Assembly (NCBI GenBank): GCA_012295275.1
Contig: CM022676.1
Span: forward strand, 2,976,001-3,040,000
From: Chrysomallon squamiferum
Lineage: Eukaryota; Animalia; Mollusca
Direction of reading: 5' to 3'
Length of the DNA stretch: 64,000 bases
This document shows, one piece after another, positions 1 through 13,202 of the stretch; within the stretch, counting starts at the first letter, position 1; each line of letters opens with the position of its first letter. The position numbers and the translations under genes were made by a program. The notes beneath the pieces were generated by a model. It made no database searches, was not told the DNA's origin, and saw only the letters and a list, made by a program, of their open reading frames with translations.

Positions 1-357
1 GCTCTGACAGGTTTTAGTATTATAAGGGTTACACTAGAGAAAAAATCAAAACTCAGTGCCAGTGTTTGTGAAGTTTCCACAGACGTAGAGGTGCCAGGAT
101 CTTCAATAAGTAAAGAAACCGACACGACTGGTTTAGATATTTCTTTCCCAAGTCCTTTAGCGATAAAGAAAGACACACAGTATAACCTGGTTGTTCAAAC
201 TCGAGGAAGAGTTACATATAAGACAATGAACAGACAAGGTGAGATACGTGAAGGCTTTCTGAAGTGTACATTCTCAGACTACAAATCATGTTCTCACAGT
301 TCTAAATCATATCAATCTAAAACAAACTTGATATCTCGACTAAAATTCCTCGTGTGA
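1..357 (+). CDS. 3' end of BTB-BACK-PHR-like gene copy 0 (last exon, truncated by window edge)
   Basis: Frame 1 is open from base 1: ALTGFSIIRVTLEKKSKLSASVCEVSTDVEVPGS...KTNLISRLKFLV*. Clearly paralogous to the C-termini of the three complete copies. Confidence 0.85.
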   Translation, partial: ALTGFSIIRVTLEKKSKLSASVCEVSTDVEVPGSSISKETDTTGLDISFPSPLAIKKDTQYNLVVQTRGRVTYKTMNRQGEIREGFLKCTFSDYKSCSHSSKSYQSKTNLISRLKFLV

Positions 358-1367
358 ATTTGATTCACGTTTTATTTATAAAATATGTTATTGCAGTAGC
401 AATCATATATTATAAATACATATATACATCATATTACTATTCGCAGCAGTATGATTAGTATGAAAAAAGCTGAAAACAATAATGCACAAACAATGCGGAA
501 ATTTTAAAGACAAAATGCAATACTTGCGGACGAGCAATTTCACTTTCTTTTCGGTAGAACGTTATGATTTTACATTCAGAACAACAAAGAAGATGAAGTC
601 GAACTGATTGAAAAAAGCCTGGATTAACTTTTTTATTTAAATTAACTTTGCAGTGATCATTTTAATTGTTGTTGTATACAATAGTGTTATTATTAATTTT
701 ATTGTCTCGTAATTTATGACTGTTCGTGTGTTATTTTGGAAACATTTATCATAGTAACGTGTCATCTCAGTGGTTTAATCATGGTCTTAACTCTGATTGC
801 GGGATAGAGCGAAGAAAGAATAGAAATCACTCTGAATAATAGCACAGCTGATTTCTCCAGAGTTACATACTAATAATTTATTGATTTTCTAATTTTTAAT
901 TTTATTTATTTAAAATTATTTCTGTTCAGAAGAAGTATGCTAATTGTATTGTTAAAGAGTGCTGAGAAAAGATTTAGTACTTTGATGTTTTTTTTTTTTT
1001 TTTTTTTTTAAAATGTTATTATTATTTTCGAGACTGGATTATAATATTTTTGACTGATAAAGTATTAATTATAATTGCAGTTCTAAAATAAACGAATGAA
1101 TAATTATATATATAAACATGTCTGTAATATAAAATATTATACTATCCTACCCCACTACACTGCATTATACTATACTATACGATAGTATACTATGTATGCT
1201 GTGCTATTCTATACTATACTATTCTATACTATCTAATGTATACTATACATTACTAATCTATGCTATACTATAATATGCTATCCTATAAATTAAGTATTGT
1301 TGTACTTTTCCTTTGAATTATTTTTATTTTTATTGCGAATATACATTTTGTTTTTAATAATTACAGC

Positions 1368-1440
1368 TTTTGGATCCTGGTTCACCTTTCTGACCTTTCT
1401 GTCCCTGTTCTCCTTTTGAATCGGGAAGTCCTTTGAGGCA
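1368..1440 (-). pseudogene. Degenerate, truncated collagen-like (Gly-X-Y) exon
   Basis: Minus strand cag|TGC CTC AAA GGA...: CLK GLP DSK GEQ GQK GQK GEP GSK, then fuses into BTB 3'-flank sequence. Two Gly positions are substituted. Confidence 0.7.
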
Positions 1441-2830
1441 CTGTGTAGGATAACAAAAGAAGTAAAATAAAATAAGCATTATGTATGATAAATATTCAAT
1501 ACTTTAAAGAACCTTTATGTTTATTGGAAGATTCAAGAAATGTACGTATTAACCATTGATATAGATGTTAAGTTGTATTCTTCAGAGGGAGTTGTTTGTA
1601 TGTTAGAGAATTAGTGGCTTTGAAGTACACAGAAGTATCAGAATTGTAGTAGTAGTAGTTGTAGTAGTAGTAGGAGTAGTAGTAGTTGTTGTAATACTAA
1701 TAGTTGTAGTAATAATGGAAGCAGGAGTAGTAGTTCTAGTAAAAGTAGTAATAGTTGTACAAGAAGTAGTACTAGTAGTTGATGTAGTAGTAGTAGAAGT
1801 TGTAGCCGTTGGTGTTGGTGATGGTAGTAATAACGACACAACTACTACTACTACTACTAATACTAATACTACTATTACATACAGCTGCTGTTACTGCTAC
1901 TACTACTACTTCTACTATTACGTTTTATATCATTATATCTGCACACATATAACGCCAAATAATAACAACAACAACAACAACAACAACAATAATAATAATA
2001 CTTTTATTCCTTGCTTTTCTTGATCTCCTTTTATTCCTTTTTGACCCTTTTCTCCTTTTTGACCTCTGGATCCTGGGTCTCCTTTCTGACCTTTTGACCC
2101 TTTTGTACCTGTGTCACCCTTAGGTCCTGTTAAATAGTAGCTGATTTAGTAACAAATACGGTGAAATCATTGTTATATGCTGAATGTATGCAACGAAAAA
2201 AAATAAAGAAAACAAACAGCAACAACAAACAACAAAAATAAACTAAGAAAATAAAAAATCAAGAAACAAACAGCTACAACAACACAAAAACAACAACAAA
2301 AAAAAAAAAAAAATTATGTTTGCCTACTCAGATAAGAAAAGGCAGATGAAAGGTTGAGTGGAAAACTTTTGAAAATAAAAACACTCAAATACATTAATAA
2401 TTATCTCTTTTACTTTGGTTCACTTAAAATAAAATTTAGAAGATACCTATTGCTTATTATTATATTTAAAAGTGTAAATTTAAAATCGAAACTTGTATTC
2501 ATTGTTTTGTTTTCCTGGAAACCGCGATATGTTTACTATGAAGTAATTTACAGACACGACACACTTCTAAGGTGACATTTCTACAAGTTTTTCTTGGTTT
2601 TAGAAACAAAGACGTTTCTTATTACTGATTTTTCTGTAGACACCCTGCCAAGCCTGATTATTTATTTAAAACAAATGAAGTGAAATAGTGGTTAGTTGTT
2701 CAAAGTTTGCAGTGTATTTTGTATATATATATATATATATCATGAATACAGAATGTATGTAATGATTTTTGTCACGTAGTACAATGACCTCGTTAACAGT
2801 GATTATCAAAATTTACCTTTCATTACCAAG
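1370..2830. repeat. Segmental duplication, copy 1 (copy 2 at ~5990-7440; partial inverted copy at ~48680-49230)
   Basis: Near-identical sequence including both collagen exons, the (GTA)n-rich intron and the first repeat-family unit. Confidence 0.9.
2002..2126 (-). pseudogene. Collagen-like exon, 14 Gly-X-Y triplets
   Basis: ttaacag|GA CCT AAG...GGA ATA AAA|gtatt reads GPK GDT GTK GSK GQK GDP GSR GQK GEK GQK GIK GDQ EKQ GIK. Confidence 0.8.
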
Positions 2831-3675
2831 AAAAATAATTTTGTCAGAGGCTTCTTAACGGTTTAATATCATTGTATAAGAGTTATCTTCCCTGAAACGC
2901 CTCGATCATTGAAAGCACGTCAAAGTTCGAGTGGAGAACTTTAAACTATTTTAATAATTATCTCAGTGGTAACGTGATTTTTAATTTAGTTTTCATAAAA
3001 TAAAATTAGGAATACATTATGATGATATATACCAGTTATCATTATTTCTAAAAGTGTAAATTTTAAATTGAAATTAGTATCTATTGTTTTGTTTTCCTGG
3101 AAACTGCAAGATGTTTGCTGAGAAGTAATTTACAAACAGGACATACCGCTAAAGGTGAAATTTCTAGAAGGTAACTTTTTCTTTGTGTTATTACGAAAGA
3201 TTTTTCTTATAACTGCCTTTTTCAATAAGTACATCTCGAAACGAACTGCCTGTTTAAAACAAATACAATGAAATCTTGGATATGTATTGAATGTATGCAA
3301 TGTATATTGGATATATATGAAATTAATACAGGGAAGGGTTAGGCTTTAGATAGGGAAGATTTGCGAAATGTTGCTAATTTTATATTATAAAGTTTACACT
3401 GTAAACTTGGCCAGGGCTTGTCGCCATATCAACTGCGTTAGCAAACCAAACTGTGAAGCTGACATCTACTTCAGCTAAAATATGTAGATATCAGTTTTAT
3501 TTATTTATTTTATTTCATTTATTAGCAACTTGGAAACCCTGCATAATCCGCCCCTCGAATAAAGAATGTATGTAATAGACTTTGTCACGTAGTCCAGTGA
3601 CCTAGTTAACAATGTTATCAAACTTTACCTTCGAGAATGTTCGGCGCTTCGACATCCGAAAAACAATTTAGATAA

Positions 3676-3717
<42 letters not shown>

Positions 3718-4120
3718 CTAAAATAAATAATAATGATACTAAAATATATATATATATATATATATAAATCTAAATAAATAAAAAACAGTAAAGATATAAA
3801 AGACCGGTCTAATTAAACTGACCTATATAAATGGTACCTGTGAGGATTACGCTGAAAATAAATATTTAATTTTATTATCCACAAAATAATTTTCTCAAAA
3901 ATAATTGTTAAAGATGCAACGACTGATGTTCGTCTAAAAGTTATCTACTCAGATAAAACGCAGGTCAAAGTTCGAGTGGAAAACTTTTTAAAATAAAAAT
4001 ACTGAAATGCATTAATAATTATTTCAACCTACAGTGACTTTTTACTTTATTTTTCATAAAATAAAATTAGAAGTATATTAAGACGAAAACAAGTACTTAT
4101 TTTTATATCTGAAAGTTTTG

Positions 4121-4154
<34 letters not shown>

Positions 4155-4521
4155 GAAAGTATATATTGTTTTGGTTTCCTGGAAACAGTCAAACGTTTAC
4201 TGGGAAGTAATTAACATACAGGACACATTTCTGAAGGTGACGTTTCTGGAAGGTAAGTTTTTCTTTTCGTTAGAAACAAAGATTTTTCTTATTACTGATT
4301 TTTCTATAGATATATTTCGAAACCTGATAGTCTGTTTAAAACTAATAGAGTGAAATCGTGTTGAACGTATGTAGTATATTTTGGATGTACATATAAAGAA
4401 TACAGAATTTATGTAATGAATTTTGTCACATAGTACAGTGACCTCTTTAAGAATGATTATCACTCTTTACTTCCAAGAAAGTCCACCATTACAATAGTAA
4501 TAATAATAATAATAATAATAA

Positions 4522-4559
<38 letters not shown>

Positions 4560-5050
4560 AAAATAAAATAAAATAAAACACATCAAAAAAAAAATATCCA
4601 ACAAGAGCCCCATTTCCCAACCAAAACAAAACAAACGAAGAAACGAATCGAGAAAAAAGGAAGAACGAAATAAAAAGAAAAGATAAAAGAGGGTTGATTA
4701 AAAACGTAATAAAAAAAAATAATAAGGTTAAAATCACTTGAATAAACTGCCAGGTATAACATGGTAGACGGAGGATTTTATTACCAACAAAAAATATTTC
4801 GTCAGATGCTTCTTGATGGTTTGAGGATTAGAATATAAGGGTTATCACTATGAAACGCCTACATGAGAAAAAGAAGGTCATTGTTAGAGTGGATAACGTT
4901 TAAAAAATAAATCACTATCTCAATGGTAAAGTGATTTTTAATTCAGTTTTCATATAATAAAATTAGGAATATATTAAGAAGATAACTACTACTTATTATT
5001 ATATTTAAATGTGTAAATATAAAATTGAAATTAGTATCTATTTTGTTTTG
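2325..5050. repeat. Cluster of degenerate ~500-700 bp repeat-family units
   Basis: Recurrent motifs ataagagttatcttccctgaaac, aaagcaggtcaaagttcgagtgga, ttagttttcataaaataaaattagg, tttctagaaggtaag and gtagtacagtgacctagttaac occur in about 4 consecutive units. Confidence 0.8.
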
Positions 5051-5055
5051 TTTTC

Positions 5056-5093
5056 ATCTTGAATGCCTGGGTTTCCCCTTGGACCTTGATGGC
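5056..5093 (-). pseudogene. Truncated collagen-like exon
   Basis: ctcacag|GC CAT CAA GGT CCA AGG GGA AAC CCA GGC ATT CAA = (G)HQ GPR GNP GIQ, cut off by a repeat unit. Its phase-1 acceptor matches the phase-1 donor at 5931. Confidence 0.65.
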
Positions 5094-5931
5094 CTGTGAG
5101 AAAGTTATTGTAAATTTTAAAACAGAAATGAAATATTGTTAATTAATGTATACACGGATGATCAGAAGTTTTAAATATAACATCAGCAAATCACAATGTA
5201 GCCTGGACTTATCTAACCATCATCATCATCATCAACGGAAGTTTCTTTTACATTATTAAAGCAATATGAAATTCTAATCAACAGCTTTAAGTAACAACAT
5301 AAAAAATACAGGTGACTACAATAACATTAGAATATTAATAAAAGTGTTACTACTACTACTACACTACATCAGTTACTGCTATTACCAACACTACTACTGT
5401 TACTACTATAATTGCTACTACTACTGTTACTACTATAATTGCTACTATTACTGTTACTACTATAATTGCTGCTACTATAACTGCTACTACTAATACCACC
5501 AAAACTACATATATTACTACAATTACTATTACTCCTAATCAGAATACTGCTAGTATAATTACTTCTTCTGTTATTACTTCTACTATAATTAGTATAACTA
5601 CAAAACTACTACTACTTTTACAACAACTACTACTACTATAACAACTACTACTACAACTACAACAGCTAGCACAACTATTATTACCACTATATCTACTACT
5701 ACAACTACAACAACAACTAGTACTACTACTATTACAAATACAACTGCTACTATTGCTGCTGCTACGTCTACTAATATCAAAATATTACTACTCATTACTA
5801 TTACCATTGCTACTGCTGCGACATCTACAAGTACTACCATATTACTAACACTAACATTGTGACTTTTTCCCCTCAAGCTAGCAAATAGCATTTATTTCCT
5901 TTTCTTTAACAACAACAACAACTTTTCTCAC

Positions 5932-6057
5932 CTTTTGATCCTTTTCGGTCGTGATTTCCTATTTGACCTTGAATTCCACCGTTTCCTTTGGATCCTGGGT
6001 CTCCTTTCTGACCTTTTGACCCTGTTCTCCTTTTGAATCAGGAAGTCCTTTGAGGCA
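5932..6057 (-). pseudogene. Frameshifted collagen-like exon (126 bp)
   Basis: CLK GLP DSK GE/[1-nt shift]/GSK GQK GDP GSK GNG GIQ GQI GNH DRK GSK G|gtgag. Confidence 0.75.
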
Positions 6058-6619
6058 CTGTGGAGGATAAAAAAAAAGAAGAAATAAAATAAAATAAGCA
6101 TTATGTATGATAAATATTCAAGACTTTAAAGAACCTTTATGTTTATTGGAAGATTCAAGAATGTACGTATTAACCATTGATATAGATGTTAAGTTGTATT
6201 CTTCAGAGGTATTTGTTTGTATGTTAGAGAATTAGTGGCTTTGAAGTACACAGAAGTATCAGAATTGTAGTAGTAGTAGTGGTAGTAGTAGTAGGAGTAG
6301 TAGTTGTTGTTGTAATACTAATAGTTGTAGTAATAATGGAAGCAGGAGGAGTAGTTCTAGTAAAAGTAGTAATAGTTGTACAAGAAGTAGTATTAGTAGT
6401 TGATGTAGTAGTAGTAGAAGTTGTAGAAGTTGGTGTTTGTGACGGTAGTAATAACGACACAACTACTACTACTACTACTACTAATACTAATACTACGATC
6501 ACATGCAGCTGCTGTTACTGCTACTACTACTACTTCTACTATTACTTTTTATATCATTATATCTGTTCACAAGTAACGCCAAATAATAATAATAACAACA
6601 ACAACAATAATAATAATAC

Positions 6620-6744
6620 TTTTATTCCTTGCTTTTCTTGATCTCCTTTTATTCCTTTTTGACCCTTTTCTCCTTCTTGACCTCTGGATCCTGGGTCTCC
6701 TTTCTGACCTTTTGACCCTTTTGTACCTGTGTCACCCTTAGGTC
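6620..6744 (-). pseudogene. Collagen-like exon, duplicate of 2002-2126
   Basis: Almost identical to 2002-2126 with the same splice sites. Confidence 0.8.
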
Positions 6745-6944
6745 CTGTTAAATAGTAGCTGATTTAGTAACAAATAGGGTGAAATCATTGTTATATGCTG
6801 AATGTATGCAACGAAAAAAAATGAAGAAAACAAACAGCAACAGCAAGAAACAAAAAGAAACTAAGAAAATAAAAAATCAAGAAACAAACAGCTACAACAA
6901 CACAAAAACAACAACGAAAGAAAAAAAATAATAATTATGTTTGC

Positions 6945-8106
6945 CTACTCAGATAAGAAAATGCAGGTGAAAGGTTGAGTGGAAATCTTTTGAAAATAAA
7001 AATATTCAATTACATTAATAATTATCTCTTTTACTTTAGTTCACTTAAAATAAAATTTAGAAGATACCTATTGCTTATTATTATATTTAAAAGTGTAAAT
7101 TTAAAATGGAAACTTGTATTCATTATTCTGTTTTCCTGGAAACCGCGATATGTTTACTATGAAGTAATTTACAGACACGACACACTTCTAGGGTGACATT
7201 TCTACAAGTTTCTCTTGGTGTTAGAAACAAAGACTTTTCTTATTACTGATTTTTCTGTAGACACCCTGCCAAGCCTAATTGTTTATTTAAAACAAATGAA
7301 GTGAAATAGTGGTTATTTGTTGAAAGATTGCAGTGTATTTTGTAAGTATATATATCATGAATACAGAATGTATGTCATAATTTTTGTCACGTACAACAAT
7401 GACCTCCTTAACAGTGATTATCAAAATTTATCAAAATTATTGTGGACATAAATATTTGATTTCATTACCAAGAAATATAATGTCGAAGATTTCGTAATAT
7501 TTTAATAATTAATATTTGTGTAAGAGTTATCTTTCCTGAAACACCTAGATCACAAAAAGCAGGTTGAAGTTCGGATGAATAACTTTTAAAAGTAAATATT
7601 CTTAATTATCTTAATAACTATTTCAATCATAAAGTGATTTTTTATTTAGTTTTCATAAAATAAAATTAGGAATAAATTAAGATGATAACTACTATTTATC
7701 ATTATTTCTAAAAGAGTTCATTTGAAATTGAAAGTAGTATTTATTGCTTTATTTTCCTGTAAAAAGTCAGATGTTTACTAGGAAGTAATTTACATACAGG
7801 TCACACTGCTGAAGGTGACGTTTCTAGAAGGTAAGTTTTTCTTTTCGTTAGAAACAAAGATTTTTCTTATTACTGATTTTCCTGTTGATATATTTTGAAA
7901 CCTGATTATCTATTTGAAACAAATACAGTGAAATAGTGGTTATTTGTTGAAGGTATGCTGTGTGTTTTGGAAGTATACATAAAGAACAGAAATATCTGTA
8001 AACGATTTTACCACGTAGCACTGTGACCTAGTTAACAATGTTATCAAACTTTACCTTCGAGTATATTCGCCGCTAAGATATCAGAAAACAAGATATAATA
8101 ATAATA

Positions 8107-8142
<36 letters not shown>

Positions 8143-8276
8143 AAAAATGAAAAAAAAGAAATAAATGAAAAGAAAAAGAAAAAAGAGAAGTACAGCAACA
8201 AGAAACAAAAAAAGAAACAAAAAACGTCCTAATTAAACTGATATTTAGTCATGGTACCTCTGAGTATTACGCTGAA

Positions 8277-8319
<43 letters not shown>

Positions 8320-9140
8320 TATACAAATAATAACAAAGAAACGCCACCATCTCAAAAAGCTACAATTTCACAAAAACAAGAAGAATAAAAAAAAAAAAAA
8401 AAAGAAACACAAAGAAAACAAACGGGCCTAATTAAACTGACATTTGGAACCTGGTACATCTGAGTTTAATTACTTAAAACAAATATTTAATTTTATTACC
8501 CACTCCGACGGAGACGACATTTTCCTATTTAATTTACACACAGCACACTTTGCTGAAGACGAGATCACTCGGAGGTAAGTTTTTCACTGTGTTATAAAGA
8601 AAGAGTTTGCTTATTACTGATTTTTCTCTAGAAACATTTCAAAACGTAACTGTCAGTTTAAAACAAATACAGTGAAATCTTGGTTATGTGTTAAATGTAT
8701 GCAATGTGTATTGGATGTATATGTAATGAATACAGGGGCGCATCAGGCTTTAGATAAGGAATGTTTGCGATACAATAACTAAATGTTCCTAGTCTGAAAT
8801 TATAAAGTTCACAGTTACTCGCATTGTTGTCTCTTTGCTATTGCTTGTCGCCATATCCACTGCGTCAGCAAACCAAAGTGTGAAGCTGACATCTAGTTCA
8901 GCTAAAATATCATCCAGAGCTTCAAATGTAGATAGATATCAGTTTCATTTATTTATTTTATTTCTATTATTAGCAACTGGGAAACACCCTATAATCCGCC
9001 ACTTGAGTAAAGATTGTGTGAGATCGAGTTTGTCACTTAGTACAGTGACCTAGTTAACAATTATCAAACTATACCTTCGGAAAAGTTCGGCGCTCAGAGA
9101 TTCGTAAACTAATGTAGATAACAACAACAGCAACTACAAC

Positions 9141-9179
<39 letters not shown>

Positions 9180-9680
9180 GTCAATAAAATAAAATAAAAT
9201 AAAACAAAACTGTGGAAAAGAGATAAAATAAATCCAACAAAAGCTACCTTTCCACGCCAAATGTTCGAGTGGATAACATTTAGAAATAAAAATACTCTTT
9301 TAGATAAAGAATTATCAAAATTCTCATGTGGTTTTCAATTTAGTTTTCATAAAGTAAAATTTGGAATATATTAAGAAGATAGCTACTACTTATTATTGTA
9401 TTTAAAGGTGTACATTTAAAATTGAAAGTAGTATTTATTGGGGTTTCATCCTGGAAATGTTTGCTACGAAGTTATTTACATACAGGACACACTGCTGAAG
9501 GAGATATTTCTAGAAGTTTTTCTTTGTGTGAGAAGCAAATATTTTTTTTATTAGTGATTTTTTCTGTAGATATATTATGAAACCTAATTGTCTATTTAAA
9601 ACAAATACAGGGTAATAGTGGTTCTTTCTTGAAGGTTTGTAGACTAAAGAATACTGAATGTATATAATGATTTCTGTGCC
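6945..9680. repeat. Cluster of the same degenerate repeat-family units upstream of BTB copy 1
   Basis: Same motif series as 2325-5050, about 4 units separated by (AAT)n/A-rich tracts. Confidence 0.8.
8822..8938 (-). mobile_element. hAT-type transposase fragment embedded in repeat unit (further copies ~3418-3480, ~19180-19255, ~25725-25865, 52533-52683)
   Basis: Reads YLSTFEALDDILAELDVSFTLWFADAVDMATSNSKETTMR. Other copies continue ..M(L/*)xTVNRQIL, resembling the 'F..W...A..MA.....smPR...RQ..R.N' region of PRKRIR/ZMYM1-like hAT transposases (from recall). Confidence 0.5.
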
Positions 9681-9795
9681 GTTATAATAATAATCTTAAT
9701 AATATTATTAACAATAGTAGTAGTAGTAGTAGTAGTAGTAGTAATAATAATAACAATAATGATAAAAATAATATCGATAATAATCATAATAACAA

Positions 9796-9826
<31 letters not shown>

Positions 9827-10324
9827 AAAGAAAACAATATTCAAATAAATAAATAAATATAAAATAAATTTTAAGACACAACTGAAAAGTGAGAAATTAT
9901 TAAAACTAAACTTATGTCTTGATTTTAATTACAGGCAGGAAAGAGTCGGGTAAAACAAAGAAAAGGGGACAGATTTATTTATCTACATTTATATTCTATA
10001 TTAGTACAGTGTTACTGAAAGAACACTCACACGAACAGACACACATACATTATGACAATAAATGAAATAAAGTGAAACCGAGTTCGTTTTATTGCTACGA
10101 TAAATTATGTTTTGAAAAAAAAAAAAAAAAGAATAACAAAAGAAATTGATAAATAAGTATAAAAGAATAAAAAAGGAAAAAAAAGAAAAAAAAAGGAAAA
10201 CGCTAGAAATGAACAATAGCAGATTTGTGGGCAGTTCATCTGTTGTATTAAAAAAATTCTAAAACAAGTCTACAAATAAAATCATGGTTTTTTGTCGTCG
10301 TAAATATAATTCTAATTTGAAAAA

Positions 10325-10385
10325 CACGTGATCGGGAACATGTATGTCAGTGACTGGGTCGCTGATGTCGTTATCAGGTAAAGCT
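10325..10385 (+). promoter_or_regulatory. Putative core promoter / non-coding 5' exon of BTB copy 1 (conserved at ~20555-20612 and ~27245-27304)
   Basis: Conserved block gaacatgt.tgTCAGTgactg.gtcgctgatgtcgttatca(g/c)|gtaaag: an Inr-like TCAGT plus a donor. It is followed by a (CT)n-containing intron and acceptor ttattaattcag| 10 nt before the ATG in all three copies. Confidence 0.5.
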
Positions 10386-10400
10386 GTAATTCGACCGATT

Positions 10401-10478
<78 letters not shown>

Positions 10479-10663
10479 ATATACTTAAGCACGCATACAC
10501 GCAGATAGACTCACACACACACACTCAGATATACAGACATAGACACTCACAAATGCGCTCATATACGCACAGACACACTAAGATTCACAATTTATTTGTT
10601 TATTTACTTTAAAATAAATATTATTTTCTGTTGTTATCATTTTATTAATTCAGTGATAACAAA

Positions 10664-10980
10664 ATGGCTGCAGCAGAAGCTGATACCGTGGATGACGTAA
10701 CCACCACTCGAGAAACAGAAGTAAGAAATACTTCCGGTTATGCAGATAACTGGCAACATGAACGAAGTCTCGTTGAAAGTCTCCGATATTCTCTCAAGGA
10801 AAACATTCTCTGTGACGTCACATTCATTGTCGGAGAGGACAGGACACGTATTCAAGCTCACAAGTTGATACTCAGTCTGCGCAGCTGTGTGTTTCAGGCC
10901 ATGTTGACAGGAGATCTGAAAGAACAGGGTGATATTGTAATCCCAGACACTGAAGCAGACATCTTTCACTTGTTTTTAGA
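10664..10980 (+). CDS. BTB-BACK-PHR-like protein copy 1, coding exon 1 (BTB/POZ domain)
   Basis: DNWQ...LCDVTFIVG...IQAHKLILSLRSCVFQAMLTG...IVIPD is a canonical BTBD3/6-like BTB motif. Donor GA|gtaaga, phase 2. Confidence 0.92.
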
Positions 10981-11274
10981 GTAAGAAATTAGTGTCCAGT
11001 TTATTTATTTTTGTTTTAAGTTCATTAAACTATATATTTAGTATTTTCTTTTCAAAATATTTTCTTTCTTTTTCTTTCTATTTTTTTACCGATTTTATTT
11101 TATAATGCATGGATAGGTACCTATATAAGTTTGTATGTATCTATGTAATGTACGTGTGTCTGTGAGTGTCTGTGTCAATATGTTTGTATGTATTTATTTT
11201 TGTGCATATATTTATTTATTCTTGTGTGCGTGTGTGTGTGTGTTTATTTATCTAAATGTTTTCTTATTTTCCAG

Positions 11275-12340
11275 ATTTCTTTATACCGATAAAACGGACT
11301 TTAAAGACGACAACGTCATCCGGTTATTGTACCTTGCCAGGAAGTATGACGTCATTCATCTAGAAAAGAGATGTCTTAACTATCTTGAAACGGAAATGAA
11401 GACAAACAACGCATGTACCATTTTGGAAGAAACTCACGATTATAAACATGACGATTCCTTGAAAACATGTCTGAAATATATTTGGCAAAACGGCGAAGCT
11501 GTACTGAATTCAGAGAGTTTCGCAGATCTCTGTCGTGAATGTTTTAGAAAGATAATTGAACCTGATGATCTGAACGCCACTGAGGAGACAGTTTTTCAGT
11601 CATGCATGAAATGGAGTGAAGCTGAGTGCAGACGACAGGAAAAAGAAATAACAGCAGAAAACCAACGTAAAATGCTTGGAAAAGAGCTGTACCTCATTCG
11701 CTTTCCTCTTCTCGACTCAGAGTATTTTCAAAATCAGGTTTTGCTTAAAAATCTTTTAAATGAATCTGAGGAATTAAAAATTATGCGTTCCTATGTCGAT
11801 CCAGAGAAAGATGTGTCACTTTTCAGCAAAAGTCGCAGAGTTGGTACAAAGAAGATGTTAATGAAAATTGACAGATTTGAAAATATCTGTTTTCAGGATT
11901 TCGATGATGATCTTTCCTGGTATTATGATGCGATGACATTTTGTTTAAACACGAATGCATCTTTGAAAAGCTTTAGTATTCTTAACAGTCTGGGAGAAGA
12001 CTTTATTTCCTCAGAATATGAAAGAGAAAAAAAAGTTTCAATCAAAGCCTGTGTTTGTGAAGTTTCGACAGATGTGATGGTGCCAGGATCTTCCATAGTT
12101 AAACAAATCAAAGATTCTATTTTTGATATTGATTTCCCAAGGCCTTTAGAGATAAAGAAAGACACACAGTATAACCTCATTGTTCGAACTCAAGGAAGAG
12201 TTACATATAAGACAACGACCAAACAAAGTGCGAAACGTAAAACTGTGAAGTGTATTTTGTCAAATTACAGACAGTGTTCTCATACACGTCAGTTCAGAGG
12301 GAAACGAAGCTTGATATCTCGATTAAAACTCCTCGTGTGA
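11275..12340 (+). CDS. BTB-BACK-PHR-like protein copy 1, coding exon 2 (end of BTB, BACK, divergent PHR-like domain); 460 aa in total
   Basis: Acceptor ttttccag|A completes GAA. Contains FLYTD...LYLARKYDV..LEKRC, the BACK motif EETVFQSCMKWSEAEC...LYLIRFP, and a PHR-like RF..W..DAMTF..F.RPLEI..Y layout. Open to stop. Confidence 0.92.
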
Positions 12341-12910
12341 ACCGTTGTACATCGATCTTTGATTTACTATGATTACGAAATGTGTTATTGCTTTAACAGT
12401 CATACATTAAAAACACAAATATACATGTTATTGCTATTACTATTATCAGATTCTCCAAAAACATACACATGCACTCGTAGAAAGACATACAAACATACAT
12501 AGACACAAACACATACACATATACTGATAAATACACATACACTCATAAACACACATACACACACGTAAACAGAATACGCACCGAACAATAATGCACAATC
12601 AAAGTGGAAATTTCAAAAAAGCCAGGATTAACATTTTGTGTATTAACTTTGCAGTGATAATTTTAATTGTTGTTTTAGATAATGGTTTTATTATTAATTT
12701 TATTGTCCTATAATTTATGACTGTTCGTGCGTTATTTCCAAAACATTTATCATAGTAACGTGTCATCTGTGTATTTTAATCATATTTTTACAAAATTGTT
12801 TGGTTTAACTCCGATTCCGGGATTGAGGGAAGAATCAAGGGAAATCACTCTGGTATAACAGCACAACTGATTTTATCAGAGTTTCGTGCTATTTATTTAT
12901 TTATTTAAAT

Positions 12911-13202
12911 CAATGCTTTTCAAGCTTTTTCATACCGCGACCTCTTATGAGCAACTCAGTATGATCGATGACCCTCCTTTAAAATTTTGCATTCAATAAT
13001 ATCTAGGGTTACCATATTTTCATCAACCAAAGGCAATATAAAAGGAATCTATATTCACTATGACGGGGCCCAAACGTATCTACACGTTTTTATTTATACC
13101 TCCTTCCATGTCAAGTTGATAAAAGGTGAAATATACACTCGCTCAAGAATGGTCTTCCGACTCAGAGAAAAAAGACTGGCGAACCCAGGTTGAAAACCTA
13201 TG
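12911..13202. mobile_element. Non-autonomous hAT (Charlie-like) MITE, 292 bp
   Basis: Ends caatgcttttcaagc...ggttgaaaacctatg (imperfect TIR). 8-bp TSD atttaaat (12903-12910) / atctaaat (13203-13210). Absent from the paralogous 3' flanks of copies 0, 2 and 3. Confidence 0.75.

Noticed and set aside
1603-2023. Thr-rich/Val-rich/Leu-rich ORFs resembling mucins or membrane proteins (also 5598-6641, 48666-49118)
   Set aside because: Translations of degenerate (GTA/TAC)n microsatellite lying in the collagen introns.
8835-9053. Recurrent ORF 'VAISTASANQTVKLTSSSAKIS' (also 25766-25978, 52458-52781) as a small secreted protein family
   Set aside because: It is the antisense reading of the hAT-like transposase fragment within a repeat; starts are non-ATG and inconsistent.
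11135-11274. N-terminal extension of the 401-aa ORF (MYLCNVRVSV...)
   Set aside because: Intronic (TG)-rich sequence upstream of the acceptor at 11274; not conserved in the paralogues.
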